This document shows positions 6,494 to 15,212 of a stretch of 28,415 bases of DNA, piece after piece. The notes under the pieces were generated by a model, which worked only from the letters and a program-made list of their open reading frames with translations, searched no databases and had not been told where the DNA came from. Source of the DNA: a virus (taxonomy: Duplodnaviria > Caudoviricetes). How positions within the stretch are numbered: position 1 is the first letter of the stretch; every line of letters starts with the position of its first letter. Location: positions 1 to 28,415 of IMG/VR virus record IMGVR_UViG_3300047290_000114. One strand, written 5' to 3'. A program made the position numbers and the translations under genes.

Positions 6494-6620
6494 TTGCGCT
6501 CGCCTACCAAATCGTGATAACGGGGAACCGTTGGTCCCCCACCGGGCCACTCAAAAGCCCCCGCGAGCCGGTCCCGACCAGAATCGGCTTGCGGGCGGCG
6601 GTCTTGCGATTGGAGAGCGG
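6494..6620 (+). promoter_or_regulatory. Putative promoter plus structured 5' leader ahead of the packaging/morphogenesis operon
   Basis: Weak TTGCGC-N16-GATAAC; hairpin at 6522-6539 and a 13-bp stem 6560-6572/6583-6595 with two G-U pairs; GGAG RBS at 6612. Confidence 0.4.
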
Positions 6621-6621
6621 T

Positions 6622-7893
6622 TTGGCGAAGGGCGACTTCCCGCATAATAAAAGATGGCCGGCCTCCGCGGTAAAGATGGCGCCGGTCGCGGGCCTGATCC
6701 CATACGCCGCGAACGCCCGCACCCACTCCGACGCCCAGGTTGCCCAAATCGCCGCTTCGATCCAAGAATGGGGCTGGACGACGCCGATCCTCACCGATCC
6801 CGAAGGCGGCGTGATTGCCGGCCACGGGCGCCTATTAGCGGCCCGCCAGCTAGGGATAACGGAAGTTCCGGTTATGGTGGCCGAAGGGTGGACCGACGCG
6901 CAGCGCAAGGCGTATGTGCTAGCCGACAACCAACTTGCGCTCAATGCCGGGTGGGACGCAGCGGTTCTCTCGACCGAACTCCAAGGGTTATCCGAAGTCG
7001 GGTTCGATCTCGAATTGCTCGGGTTCGGCAACCTCGAAGAACTCCTAGCAACCGGCACCGAAGGGCTGACCGACCCCGACGACGTTCCCGAAGCCCCGCT
7101 CGACCCGGTCACGGTCCTGGGCGATGTTTGGGTTATGGGGCGGCACCGGATCGTTTGCGGAGACTCGACCGAAGCCGACACGGTTGCCAAGTGCCTGAAC
7201 GGTGTCACGCCGCACCTGATGGTTACGGACCCGCCTTATGGGGTGGAGTATGATGCGTCATGGCGGGAGGCGGCCGGATTAAACGGCCCTAAAGCGGCGA
7301 AAGGTAAAGTTGAGAACGACGACCGCGCCGATTGGCGCGAGGCCTGGGATTTGTTCCCAGGTGACGTTTGCTACATTTGGCATGCTGGTCAGCATGCCGC
7401 AAAAGTCGTTGACAGCCTTGAAGTCAGTGGTTTTGCGATTCGTTCTCAAATTATATGGGCTAAAAGCGTTCTAGTTATGGGCCGGGGCGACTACCATTAT
7501 CAACACGAGCCTTGTTGGTATGCTGTACGCAAAGGAAAGACCGGGCATTATGTCGGTGGCAGGAAGCAGACGACCCTTTGGCAAATACCGAAGCCACAAA
7601 AGAGCGAAACTGGCCACAGCACTCAAAAACCCGTCGAGTGCATGAAGCGCCCCATCGAAAACAATTCTAGCGCGGGCCAAGCCGTTTACGAACCGTTCAG
7701 CGGTTTAGGCACCACGATCATCGCAGGCGAGATGACTGGCCGCGCCATACACGCGATCGAACTCTCGCCGGCTTACGTTGACGTCGCCGTTATGCGTTGG
7801 CAGGAATTCACGGGCCAGGACGCAATCCACGAGGAAACCGGGCGCACGTTTAACGAGATCAAAGCGGCGCCTGCATCGGTTGCCGCAGAATGA
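6622..7893 (+). CDS. ParB-like N-terminal domain fused to an N4/N6 DNA methyltransferase (beta-type motif order)
   Basis: LIPYAANARTHS...IAASI-x-EWGWT-x-PIL...AGHGRLLAA...LADN (ParB/Srx); HRIVCGDS, TDPPYG, HSTQKPV, EPFSGLGTT, IELSPAYVD. TTG start at 6622 after GGAG. Confidence 0.92.
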   Translation: MAKGDFPHNKRWPASAVKMAPVAGLIPYAANARTHSDAQVAQIAASIQEWGWTTPILTDPEGGVIAGHGRLLAARQLGITEVPVMVAEGWTDAQRKAYVLADNQLALNAGWDAAVLSTELQGLSEVGFDLELLGFGNLEELLATGTEGLTDPDDVPEAPLDPVTVLGDVWVMGRHRIVCGDSTEADTVAKCLNGVTPHLMVTDPPYGVEYDASWREAAGLNGPKAAKGKVENDDRADWREAWDLFPGDVCYIWHAGQHAAKVVDSLEVSGFAIRSQIIWAKSVLVMGRGDYHYQHEPCWYAVRKGKTGHYVGGRKQTTLWQIPKPQKSETGHSTQKPVECMKRPIENNSSAGQAVYEPFSGLGTTIIAGEMTGRAIHAIELSPAYVDVAVMRWQEFTGQDAIHEETGRTFNEIKAAPASVAAE

Positions 7894-8216
7894 CCGCGCA
7901 ATTCAAACCCACACCCGAACACCGCAAGCAGGTCGAGAGTCTTGCCGGGTTCGGTATCATCGAGCCGGAAATCGCTCGGTTCCTCGGTATCGATCCCAAG
8001 ACGCTGCGAAAGTATTTCGCCGACGAACTAGCCACCGGCCACATCAAGGCGAACGCCGCCGTCGCGCAGTCGCTCTACAAGAAAGCCCTCGGCGACGGCA
8101 ACCAATCTGTAACGGCTGCGATATTCTTCCTCAAGACGCGGGCCGGTTGGAAGGAAACCCAGGTCCAGCAGCATGAGGGCAAGTTGGAGGTGTCGTGGCT
8201 ACCACCAACGGACTAG
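7890..8216 (+). CDS. terS: Terminase small subunit (HTH type)
   Basis: EIARFLGIDPKTLRKYF-x-x-EL-x-x-G, AAIFFLKTRAGWKE; immediately precedes and overlaps TerL. Confidence 0.8.
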   Translation: MTAQFKPTPEHRKQVESLAGFGIIEPEIARFLGIDPKTLRKYFADELATGHIKANAAVAQSLYKKALGDGNQSVTAAIFFLKTRAGWKETQVQQHEGKLEVSWLPPTD

Positions 8217-9550
8217 CCTCTGGCAAGACCAGCATCAAATACGCCCCTCGTCGGGCGTTCCTGCCGTTCCACAACCGCACCCAGCGTTGGGCGTGCCTTG
8301 TCGCGCATCGACGCGCCGGCAAGACCGTGAGCGCGATCAACGACACGATCCGGGCTGCGGTGACGAGCCAGGAAAAGAACCCGCTGTTCGGCTATGTTGC
8401 GCCGTTTAGATCGCAGGCCAAAGCGGTAGCCTGGGGCTACCTGAAGCAATACGCGGCCCCGATTACAGCGGCGACGAACGAAAGCGAGCTATCCGTCACC
8501 CTGATTACCGGCGCCAAGATTTCGCTCTTCGGGGCCGACAATGCGGACGCGATGCGCGGCCTCGGATTCAGCGGCGTCTACATGGACGAGTACGGCGACT
8601 TTCGGCCGTCCGTATGGGGCAACGTCATCCGGCCGGCGCTCTCGGATCACCAAGGGTGGGGCGTGTTTGCCGGGACGCCGAAGGGAAAGAACCAGTTTTG
8701 GGAAATCGCCGAGATGGCGGAACGCTCGCCCGATTGGTTTATGTTGCGCCTTCCGGCCTCGACCTCGGGCCTCTTGCCCGCGAGCGAGCTCGCCGCGGTG
8801 CGGGCGCAGCTAACCCAAGACCAGTACGACCAAGAATACGAATGTTCGTTCGACGCGGCTATTCTCGGCGCCATCTTCGGCATCGAAATGCGCGAGGCGA
8901 CGGAGCAAGGCCGGATTCGCGAAGTCGCCTACGACCCCGAGTTGCCGGTGCATACGGCGTGGGATCTCGGCTACAGGGACGATACGGCGATTTGGTTCTA
9001 CCAAGTATCGCGCGGCGAAATCCACGTTCTCGACTACTACGGGGTCAGCGGCGCGACGATCGAGGATATAGCCGAAGTCGTTCTGTCGAAGGGGTATCGG
9101 TTCGGGAAACATCATCTTCCCCATGACGCCAAGGCCAAAACACTGGCGTCTGGCGGGAAGTCGATCGTTGAGCAGTTGGCGTTCCACCTTGGTTTAGGCA
9201 ATCTCGCCGTCGTTCCAGATATCGGCGTCCAGAACGGAATTCAAGCCGCTCGCATGGCCCTTGAACGTGCATATTTCGACGCCGAGAAGTGCCGCGAAGG
9301 CGTCGAGGCATTACGCCAATACCAGCGCGAGTACGACGAGGACAAGAAGGCGTTCCGGCAGACCCCAAGACACGATTGGACGAGCCATCCTAGCGATTCT
9401 TGGCGGATACTGTCCGTCGCCTGGCGAGCCGAGCCGGCCAAGGCCGCGCCGCCTGTCGAAACCAAGATGATCGTCGTCAACGGCAAGAGTACCGTGACCT
9501 TAAACGAATTGTGGGACACGGCGTCCCCTCAACGGAGTGCGCGAATATGA
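8195..9550 (+). CDS. terL: Terminase large subunit
   Basis: Walker A AHRRAGKT, Walker B VYMDE, coupling motif GTPKGKN, QEYECSF, nuclease WDLGYRDDTAIW and HDWTSHPSD. Confidence 0.96.
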   Translation: MATTNGLASGKTSIKYAPRRAFLPFHNRTQRWACLVAHRRAGKTVSAINDTIRAAVTSQEKNPLFGYVAPFRSQAKAVAWGYLKQYAAPITAATNESELSVTLITGAKISLFGADNADAMRGLGFSGVYMDEYGDFRPSVWGNVIRPALSDHQGWGVFAGTPKGKNQFWEIAEMAERSPDWFMLRLPASTSGLLPASELAAVRAQLTQDQYDQEYECSFDAAILGAIFGIEMREATEQGRIREVAYDPELPVHTAWDLGYRDDTAIWFYQVSRGEIHVLDYYGVSGATIEDIAEVVLSKGYRFGKHHLPHDAKAKTLASGGKSIVEQLAFHLGLGNLAVVPDIGVQNGIQAARMALERAYFDAEKCREGVEALRQYQREYDEDKKAFRQTPRHDWTSHPSDSWRILSVAWRAEPAKAAPPVETKMIVVNGKSTVTLNELWDTASPQRSARI

Positions 9551-9930
9551 GCGGTGACTACAGCGCACCTATGGGCGAGTTCGCGTTGACGTTTCTCGAA
9601 TCTGCGGTCGTTGCCCATTTGATGCACCTATCCACGAAATCTTACGCCAACCACGTCGCGCTCGGCGGGTACTACGAAGCCATCCCTGGCGCGATCGACG
9701 CGGTCGTCGAGGCGTATCAAGGGCGTTACGATCTGGTCCTACGCTACACGCAATCGGGTGGGCCGGACGCTACAAGCAAGAGCGATCCGGTAAAATACCT
9801 CACGGGCTTGCAGTCGTATCTCGATCGGCAGCGCAAGAAATTGCCCACGGATTCGAATATCCAAAACGAGATCGATGCCGTCGCGACATTGATTGACTCG
9901 ACCCTGTATAAACTCCGTTTTCTGTCATAG
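9547..9930 (+). CDS. Ferritin/Dps-like four-helix protein (DUF5856-like, 127 aa)
   Basis: H-x-x-H-x-x-T-x-SYA-x-H-x-AL-x-x-YY...D-x-x-x-EAYQG...N-x-x-D...YKL-x-FL pattern; ATG 9547 overlaps the TerL stop. Confidence 0.8.
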   Translation: MSGDYSAPMGEFALTFLESAVVAHLMHLSTKSYANHVALGGYYEAIPGAIDAVVEAYQGRYDLVLRYTQSGGPDATSKSDPVKYLTGLQSYLDRQRKKLPTDSNIQNEIDAVATLIDSTLYKLRFLS

Positions 9931-9939
9931 GAGCCATTC

Positions 9940-10263
9940 ATGGCTGGCGTAAATAACCCCTATCGGTATCAATATGAGCACGTCGCGGCCTCGCAGACGG
10001 CCCAGGTTTTGGGCACGGCTGGCGCTGTCGGCGATTATCTGCACCGCATTGTTTGCACAGTGACCACCGCCGCGACCGGCAACGTCGTAATCGTTGACGG
10101 TACGGGCGCCGGCGTTCTGACGCACACAATCTGCCCTGCTAGCCCCGGAGGCGGTATCGGCGTCTACAACGTCGAGCTAAACACGGTTTCTGCAAACGGG
10201 GCGTGGAAGATCACGACCGGCGCGGGCGTCGAAGTCATGGCCGTCGGCATCTTTACGGTCTAA
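9940..10263 (+). CDS. Small beta-rich hypothetical, probably virion-associated (107 aa)
   Basis: AGGAG RBS; Gly/Thr/Val-rich beta pattern; late-operon position. Confidence 0.7.
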   Translation: MAGVNNPYRYQYEHVAASQTAQVLGTAGAVGDYLHRIVCTVTTAATGNVVIVDGTGAGVLTHTICPASPGGGIGVYNVELNTVSANGAWKITTGAGVEVMAVGIFTV

Positions 10264-10267
10264 GGCC

Positions 10268-11023
10268 ATGCTTCCCCAATTCAAACCGATGGGGAAGGGG
10301 TTTACGGGTTGGAACTCGCCAATGAGTTCCGCTCAATCGTCGGCGTATGGGTCGGGCTACTCGCTACCGGGGAATTCGCGATCGGCACCAATGGGCGCGT
10401 TCGCCCCGTTATCCGATGCCGGCGGCGGGTACGCCCCCGATGCGCCTGACGCTCCCGGCGCCCCCACCGGGCCAAGCGGGCCTTCGGGGCCGTCCGCGAA
10501 TACAGGGCCTTCGGGGTTTGGGTTCTCGGGGTTGAACACCGCCGATGCGGTCGGGATGCTCGGCAGCGCGGCGGCGAGCGCGCTAGGGGCTGGCGGGTTC
10601 GCCGGCCCAATGGGCGCGGCGGCAGGGTTCGCGGCCGGCAACAGCGCCGATAAATCGATGGGGCAAGCAATTGGTTCGGGTATTGGGTTTGCCTTTGGCG
10701 GGCCGATTGGGTCCGGCATCTTCGGGTATTTGGGCGGCAAGTTCGGCGACACGTTCGGCCGTAGCCAGCAATTCGACCCCGACGCGCCGGGGAGCAAGCC
10801 GGGATGGGCTGACCCTGACATGACGAACGATTGGGGCTTCAACGATCCGGGGTTCCAAGGCCCGGCTGATGGGTTGGGGCTCGGCCCCGAGCCTGGGGTT
10901 ACAACGGAAGATTTGGCGGCTCCGTGGAGCAACCCGGACGGCCCTGGGGGCGGTGGTTCAAACGACGGTGGCGGTAGTTGGAGCGGCTGGGGCGGCGGCG
11001 GCGGCGAAGGAATGGATTTCTAA
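10268..11023 (+). CDS. Gly/Pro/Ser-rich low-complexity protein with a central glycine-zipper segment (251 aa)
   Basis: GxxxG runs (GQAIGSGIGFAFGGPIGSGIFGYLGGKFG), GPS repeats, acidic Gly-rich C-terminus; TAATG coupling downstream. Confidence 0.65.
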   Translation: MLPQFKPMGKGFTGWNSPMSSAQSSAYGSGYSLPGNSRSAPMGAFAPLSDAGGGYAPDAPDAPGAPTGPSGPSGPSANTGPSGFGFSGLNTADAVGMLGSAAASALGAGGFAGPMGAAAGFAAGNSADKSMGQAIGSGIGFAFGGPIGSGIFGYLGGKFGDTFGRSQQFDPDAPGSKPGWADPDMTNDWGFNDPGFQGPADGLGLGPEPGVTTEDLAAPWSNPDGPGGGGSNDGGGSWSGWGGGGGEGMDF

Positions 11024-11151
11024 TGGCCGACCCCTCGCGCCTGGCCTCGGCCTTGGAGTATCTCAATTCTCTCGCCGGCGAAGCGAAGACGGGGATCCGT
11101 GATTGGGCGATCGAGGGCGCAACCGGCGCCGCAAATAAGGAACCAGAATAA
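11023..11151 (+). CDS. Small ORF (42 aa) MADPSRLASALEYLNSLAGEAKTGIRDWAIEGATGAANKEPE
   Basis: TAATG overlaps at both ends (with the Gly-rich gene and the portal gene); not in the ORF track. Confidence 0.55.
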   Translation: MADPSRLASALEYLNSLAGEAKTGIRDWAIEGATGAANKEPE

Positions 11152-13535
11152 TGGCCGACACGTCACAGACGCCGGTAACGAAGTGGCTCTCCACGATCGC
11201 GACCTATGACAACGAGTTCAAGCGTTGGGAGCAGCGCACGACGAAGATCATCAAGCGGTATCGCGACGATAACCGTTCGCAATCGGGGTCGCATAGCGCC
11301 AAATTCAATATCCTATGGTCGAATGTCCAAACCTTGATCCCGGCCGTTTATGCCAAACTCCCGAAGTGCGACGTGTCGCGCCGGTTTGGCGATAACGATC
11401 AGGTCGGCCGCGTGGCCGCGCTCCTGATCGAGCGCGCCGTCGATTTCGAGATCGAACACTATCCCGATTTCCGGGCGACGATGAAGCACGCGGTCGAGGA
11501 TCGCTTTCTCGGGGGCCGTGGCGTGGCATGGGTTCGCTACGAGCCGCACGTCCGCGCCCAGGAAACCGGCGAACCGGAAGACGGCACGCAGATTACCGAA
11601 GACATTGACGAGGTGGACGAAGGCGGCGAGAACGCTGCGGCCGAAGACGGGATGCAGGACGCGACGGCGTCGCCCGACGAACCCTTAGAGGAAATCGAGT
11701 ACGAGTGCGCGCCGACCGATTACGTCCATTGGAAGGACTTCGGCCATACGGTTGCGCGGACTTGGGAAGAGGTCACCGCGGTCTGGCGCTGGGTCTACAT
11801 GGACAAAGACGCGCTGGTCGAACGCTTCGGCGAAGAGATGGCCGATCGTATCCCGATGGACGAAAGCCCCGAACCGCTGACCGGGTCGAACAAATATAGG
11901 GAAAACAATCAGGCCAAGATCGCCGAGATATGGTGCAAGACGAGCGGAAAGGTCTACTGGATCTCGAAGGGGATGCCCGATCTGATCGATGAGCGCGAAG
12001 ACCCGCTCCAACTCGAAGGGTTCTTCCCGTGCGCCTCGCCGCTCTACGCGACCACGACGAGCGATAGCCTCGTTCCGGTGCCGGACTTCGCGCTCTATCA
12101 GGACCAAGCGGCCGAACTCGACACGCTCTCCGACCGGATCGACGGCCTCGTTCACGCGCTCCGCGTTCGCGGCGTCTACGATGCCTCGCAGCCGGCGCTA
12201 CAGCGGCTCCTGACCGAAGGCGATAACAACACGCTGATCCCGGTCGAGACTTGGATGGCGTTTAGCGAGAAGGGCGGCTTGAAAGGGTCGATCGATCTCT
12301 TGCCGCTCGACGTGTTGGCGAGCGCGCTGACCCAATGCTATCGCGCCCGCGAGGACATCAAGGCGCAGATTTACGAAATCACGGGGATCAGCGACATTAT
12401 CCGGGGCCAGACGAGCGCCTCCGAGACGGCAACGGCGCAGCAGATCAAGGGCCAATACGCCGGCCTTCGGTTGCGGTCGCTCCAAGAGGAGGTCGCGCTA
12501 TTCGCAACGGCGCTCCTACGCCTCAAGGCGCAAGTGATCTGCGAGAAGTTCCAACCCGAAACGATCCTCGCCTATGCGGCGGCGCAACAGCTATCGCCCG
12601 AAGATCAGGCCATGATCCCGGCGGCGATCGATCTCCTGAAGAACGAGCCGCTTCGCAATTTCCGCATCGAAGTCGCCGCCGACAGCCTCGTTCAGATCGA
12701 CGAGCAACAGAACAAGCAGGACCGGCTCGAGTTCATCTCGGCGTTCGGCGGGTTCCTCAAGGAGGCGATCCCGGCCGCGCAGGCCGCGCCGGAACTCGGC
12801 CCGATCTTGGTCGAGTTGCTCAAGTTCGGGACCGGCGCGTTCAAGCAATCGCGTCAGATCGAAGGCGCGCTCGATGCCGTGCTTGAGAAGATGAACAAGG
12901 CGCAGAAAGCCCGCGAGGCCGCACCGCCGCAACCGCCCAAGCCCGACCCGGAAATGCTCAAGATGCAGCAGGCGGGCCAAATTGAAGGTGCGCGGATCCA
13001 GGCCGAGCAAGCCAAAACGCAAGCCCAAGGGCAGCTCGAGGTCATGCGCGGCCGCGCCGAGATCGCCAAGGTGAAAGCCGAGAACGAGTTAAAGCGCAGG
13101 GATCTCTCGCTTCGCGAGGGCGAATTGCGGATTAAGGAAGGAGAAGCGATTCTGCGCGCCCAGATCGAGCGCGAGAAGCTCGCGGCCAGCGAGAGGATCG
13201 AACAGCAACGCCAGAAAAGCTCCATGATGGAAAAGGAGCAAGAACTTGATCGGGTCAAAGCAAAAGACGAATTGGACGCCGCGACCAAAATACTGGTTGC
13301 TCGAATTGGCGCTAACCCAGGGATGGATTTGCCGATGATCGAGGCCCAACAGGCCGCATCCGAATTAGTTGCCAACGAGTTGAGCGACAATGTGCGGCAG
13401 ACGATGCAGCATATGGCCGACATGCAGGGTCAGACCTTGGAGAAACTCAGCGGGGTAATGCGGGTTTTGGCATCGCCGAAACGGATAATTCGCGGCCCCG
13501 ACGGTCGCGCGGCAGGCGTCGAGGTTGACGTGTAG
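11151..13535 (+). CDS. Portal protein (P22-like, long C-terminal coiled coil)
   Basis: 794 aa between terminase and scaffold/capsid; GRGVAWVRY, EITGISDIIRG, ETATAQQIK motifs; Gln/Glu-rich C-terminal coiled coil. Confidence 0.92.
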   Translation: MADTSQTPVTKWLSTIATYDNEFKRWEQRTTKIIKRYRDDNRSQSGSHSAKFNILWSNVQTLIPAVYAKLPKCDVSRRFGDNDQVGRVAALLIERAVDFEIEHYPDFRATMKHAVEDRFLGGRGVAWVRYEPHVRAQETGEPEDGTQITEDIDEVDEGGENAAAEDGMQDATASPDEPLEEIEYECAPTDYVHWKDFGHTVARTWEEVTAVWRWVYMDKDALVERFGEEMADRIPMDESPEPLTGSNKYRENNQAKIAEIWCKTSGKVYWISKGMPDLIDEREDPLQLEGFFPCASPLYATTTSDSLVPVPDFALYQDQAAELDTLSDRIDGLVHALRVRGVYDASQPALQRLLTEGDNNTLIPVETWMAFSEKGGLKGSIDLLPLDVLASALTQCYRAREDIKAQIYEITGISDIIRGQTSASETATAQQIKGQYAGLRLRSLQEEVALFATALLRLKAQVICEKFQPETILAYAAAQQLSPEDQAMIPAAIDLLKNEPLRNFRIEVAADSLVQIDEQQNKQDRLEFISAFGGFLKEAIPAAQAAPELGPILVELLKFGTGAFKQSRQIEGALDAVLEKMNKAQKAREAAPPQPPKPDPEMLKMQQAGQIEGARIQAEQAKTQAQGQLEVMRGRAEIAKVKAENELKRRDLSLREGELRIKEGEAILRAQIEREKLAASERIEQQRQKSSMMEKEQELDRVKAKDELDAATKILVARIGANPGMDLPMIEAQQAASELVANELSDNVRQTMQHMADMQGQTLEKLSGVMRVLASPKRIIRGPDGRAAGVEVDV

Positions 13536-13537
13536 AC

Positions 13538-13876
13538 ATGGACGGCGGTTGGGACACTGGCACTTGGGATTCGGCGACATGGGATTTCGTTACCCCGATT
13601 ATAGATATCGATACCCATGATGGCGGGAAGCGTCAGCGAAAGAAGTTTGCGGAAGAGGTCGAAGAAAAAGCCCGCCGGCGCCGCCAGGTGGTTCTCGCGT
13701 TCGAGCATATTGTCGAAGGTCGCCCTTTGGTGGCCGAAGAGATATCGGCCCCATTTATTCGGCCCGAGCAATCATACCCAGACATTGACGCAATGATGGC
13801 CGACTTAGCCAACATAGACAGGATTTTGTCTATTTCCGACGAATTGGATGATGAAGACGTGTTGAGGTTGATATGA
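13538..13876 (+). CDS. Hypothetical protein (112 aa) with N-terminal WD-x-x-x repeats and acidic tail
   Basis: WDTGTWDSATWD, DTHDG, DDEDVLRLI; GAGG RBS; ATGA overlap downstream. Confidence 0.7.
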   Translation: MDGGWDTGTWDSATWDFVTPIIDIDTHDGGKRQRKKFAEEVEEKARRRRQVVLAFEHIVEGRPLVAEEISAPFIRPEQSYPDIDAMMADLANIDRILSISDELDDEDVLRLI

Positions 13877-14184
13877 CGACTTACGTTTGGAAAAACGGCA
13901 AGATGGTTGAGAAACGGGCGCAGAAGAAGGTGCCGGCGCTTCAAATCATCCCCGATATTCAGCCCTACAAATCGATGATCGATGGCTCGATGGTAACGAG
14001 CCGATCTCGTCACCGGACGATGCTGCGCGACAACAACTGCATCGAGGTCGGCAACGAGAAGATGGAAACGACCTACGCGCCCCCCGATCGCGAGAAGCGC
14101 CGGGCCGTTTTGCGCGAGCAACTTGCTGATATGTCCGACCGGCAGGCAAACCAAATATTATCTGAACTAAAGCGGAGGAATTAA
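13873..14184 (+). CDS. Conserved phage hypothetical protein of the head module (103 aa)
   Basis: PDIQPYKSMIDG-x-x-VTSRS-x-HR...CIEVGNE motif, typical between portal and scaffold genes. Confidence 0.75.
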   Translation: MTTYVWKNGKMVEKRAQKKVPALQIIPDIQPYKSMIDGSMVTSRSRHRTMLRDNNCIEVGNEKMETTYAPPDREKRRAVLREQLADMSDRQANQILSELKRRN

Positions 14185-14187
14185 ATA

Positions 14188-15192
14188 ATGGCCGATATCG
14201 AAGTCGAACAGACCGAGATCGTTGACGAACGCCGGGAACTGCTCGAAAGCCAATTCGCGGACCTAGAAGCCAATCCGGCCCCGGCCCAGGGAGCCGTCTC
14301 CGAGCCTTCCAACCCCGCTCGCGCCGCCGACGGTAAGTTCGCCCACAAGAGCGCCGAAACCGCGCCAGCGGGCCCGGAAGCCTTCGAGGAGCCGGTATGG
14401 TCGCGCCCCCCGAAATCGTGGAAGAAGGACTATCACGACGTTTGGAACACCGCAGACCCACGCCTTCGGGAATACGCCTACAAGCGCGAGGAGGAAATGC
14501 GCTCGGGCGTCGAGACGGCGCAACAGCGGGCGGTGGCCTATGACCATATCCAGCAGGTCATGGAACCCTATATGCCGACGATTAACGGCCTCGGCCTGGA
14601 CGCGCCGCGGGCGATCAAGGGGCTAATGGAGGCCGACCATATCCTTCGGACGAGCGCCCCGGAACATAAGCGGGCGTACTTGCTCCAACTGGCCGACCAT
14701 TACGGCATCCAGTTGGGCGACGTTTCCCAACACGCGCCGACCGCTTCGGCCGGCAACCCGGACCTTTACGCGCTCAAGAACGAACTCAACCAAGTTCGCG
14801 GCGAAGTGGTCGGGTGGAAGAAGGCGCAGGAAGACGCGGCAAATCAAACCCTATTGCAAGACATCGCGAACTTTGCTAAGGGAAAAGAACACTTCGAGGA
14901 AGTACGCCCGGCGATGGCTAGCCTGCTACAAGCGGGTTTGGCTTCGGACCTCGAAAGCGCCTACACCCAGGCGATCCGGCTCAACGACGAACTTTTTACT
15001 TCCGAGCAAGCCGCCCTACAGGCGAAACGCGAGGCAGAGAAAAGGGACACGGCGAATCGAGCGGCCAAGGCCGCAAGAGGGGCTGCGGTGAGCGTGCGAA
15101 GCTCCACACCCGGAGTAGCGGCGAAAACCAACGCGCAAGATAGACGATCGATGTTGGCCGAGCAGTTCGACAACATGACGGATCGTCTTTAA
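14188..15192 (+). CDS. Capsid scaffolding protein
   Basis: Acidic N-terminus, RAADGKF and PPKSWKK motifs, helical/coiled-coil character; directly upstream of the capsid gene; GGAGG RBS. Confidence 0.8.
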   Translation: MADIEVEQTEIVDERRELLESQFADLEANPAPAQGAVSEPSNPARAADGKFAHKSAETAPAGPEAFEEPVWSRPPKSWKKDYHDVWNTADPRLREYAYKREEEMRSGVETAQQRAVAYDHIQQVMEPYMPTINGLGLDAPRAIKGLMEADHILRTSAPEHKRAYLLQLADHYGIQLGDVSQHAPTASAGNPDLYALKNELNQVRGEVVGWKKAQEDAANQTLLQDIANFAKGKEHFEEVRPAMASLLQAGLASDLESAYTQAIRLNDELFTSEQAALQAKREAEKRDTANRAAKAARGAAVSVRSSTPGVAAKTNAQDRRSMLAEQFDNMTDRL

Positions 15193-15212
15193 TCGATTGA
15201 TAGGAGACGGTT

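Noticed and set aside
6514-6621. N-terminal extension of the methyltransferase in the ORF track
   Set aside because: No RBS at 6514; the segment is hairpin-rich, and a GGAG-TTG start at 6622 fits the ParB domain boundary better.
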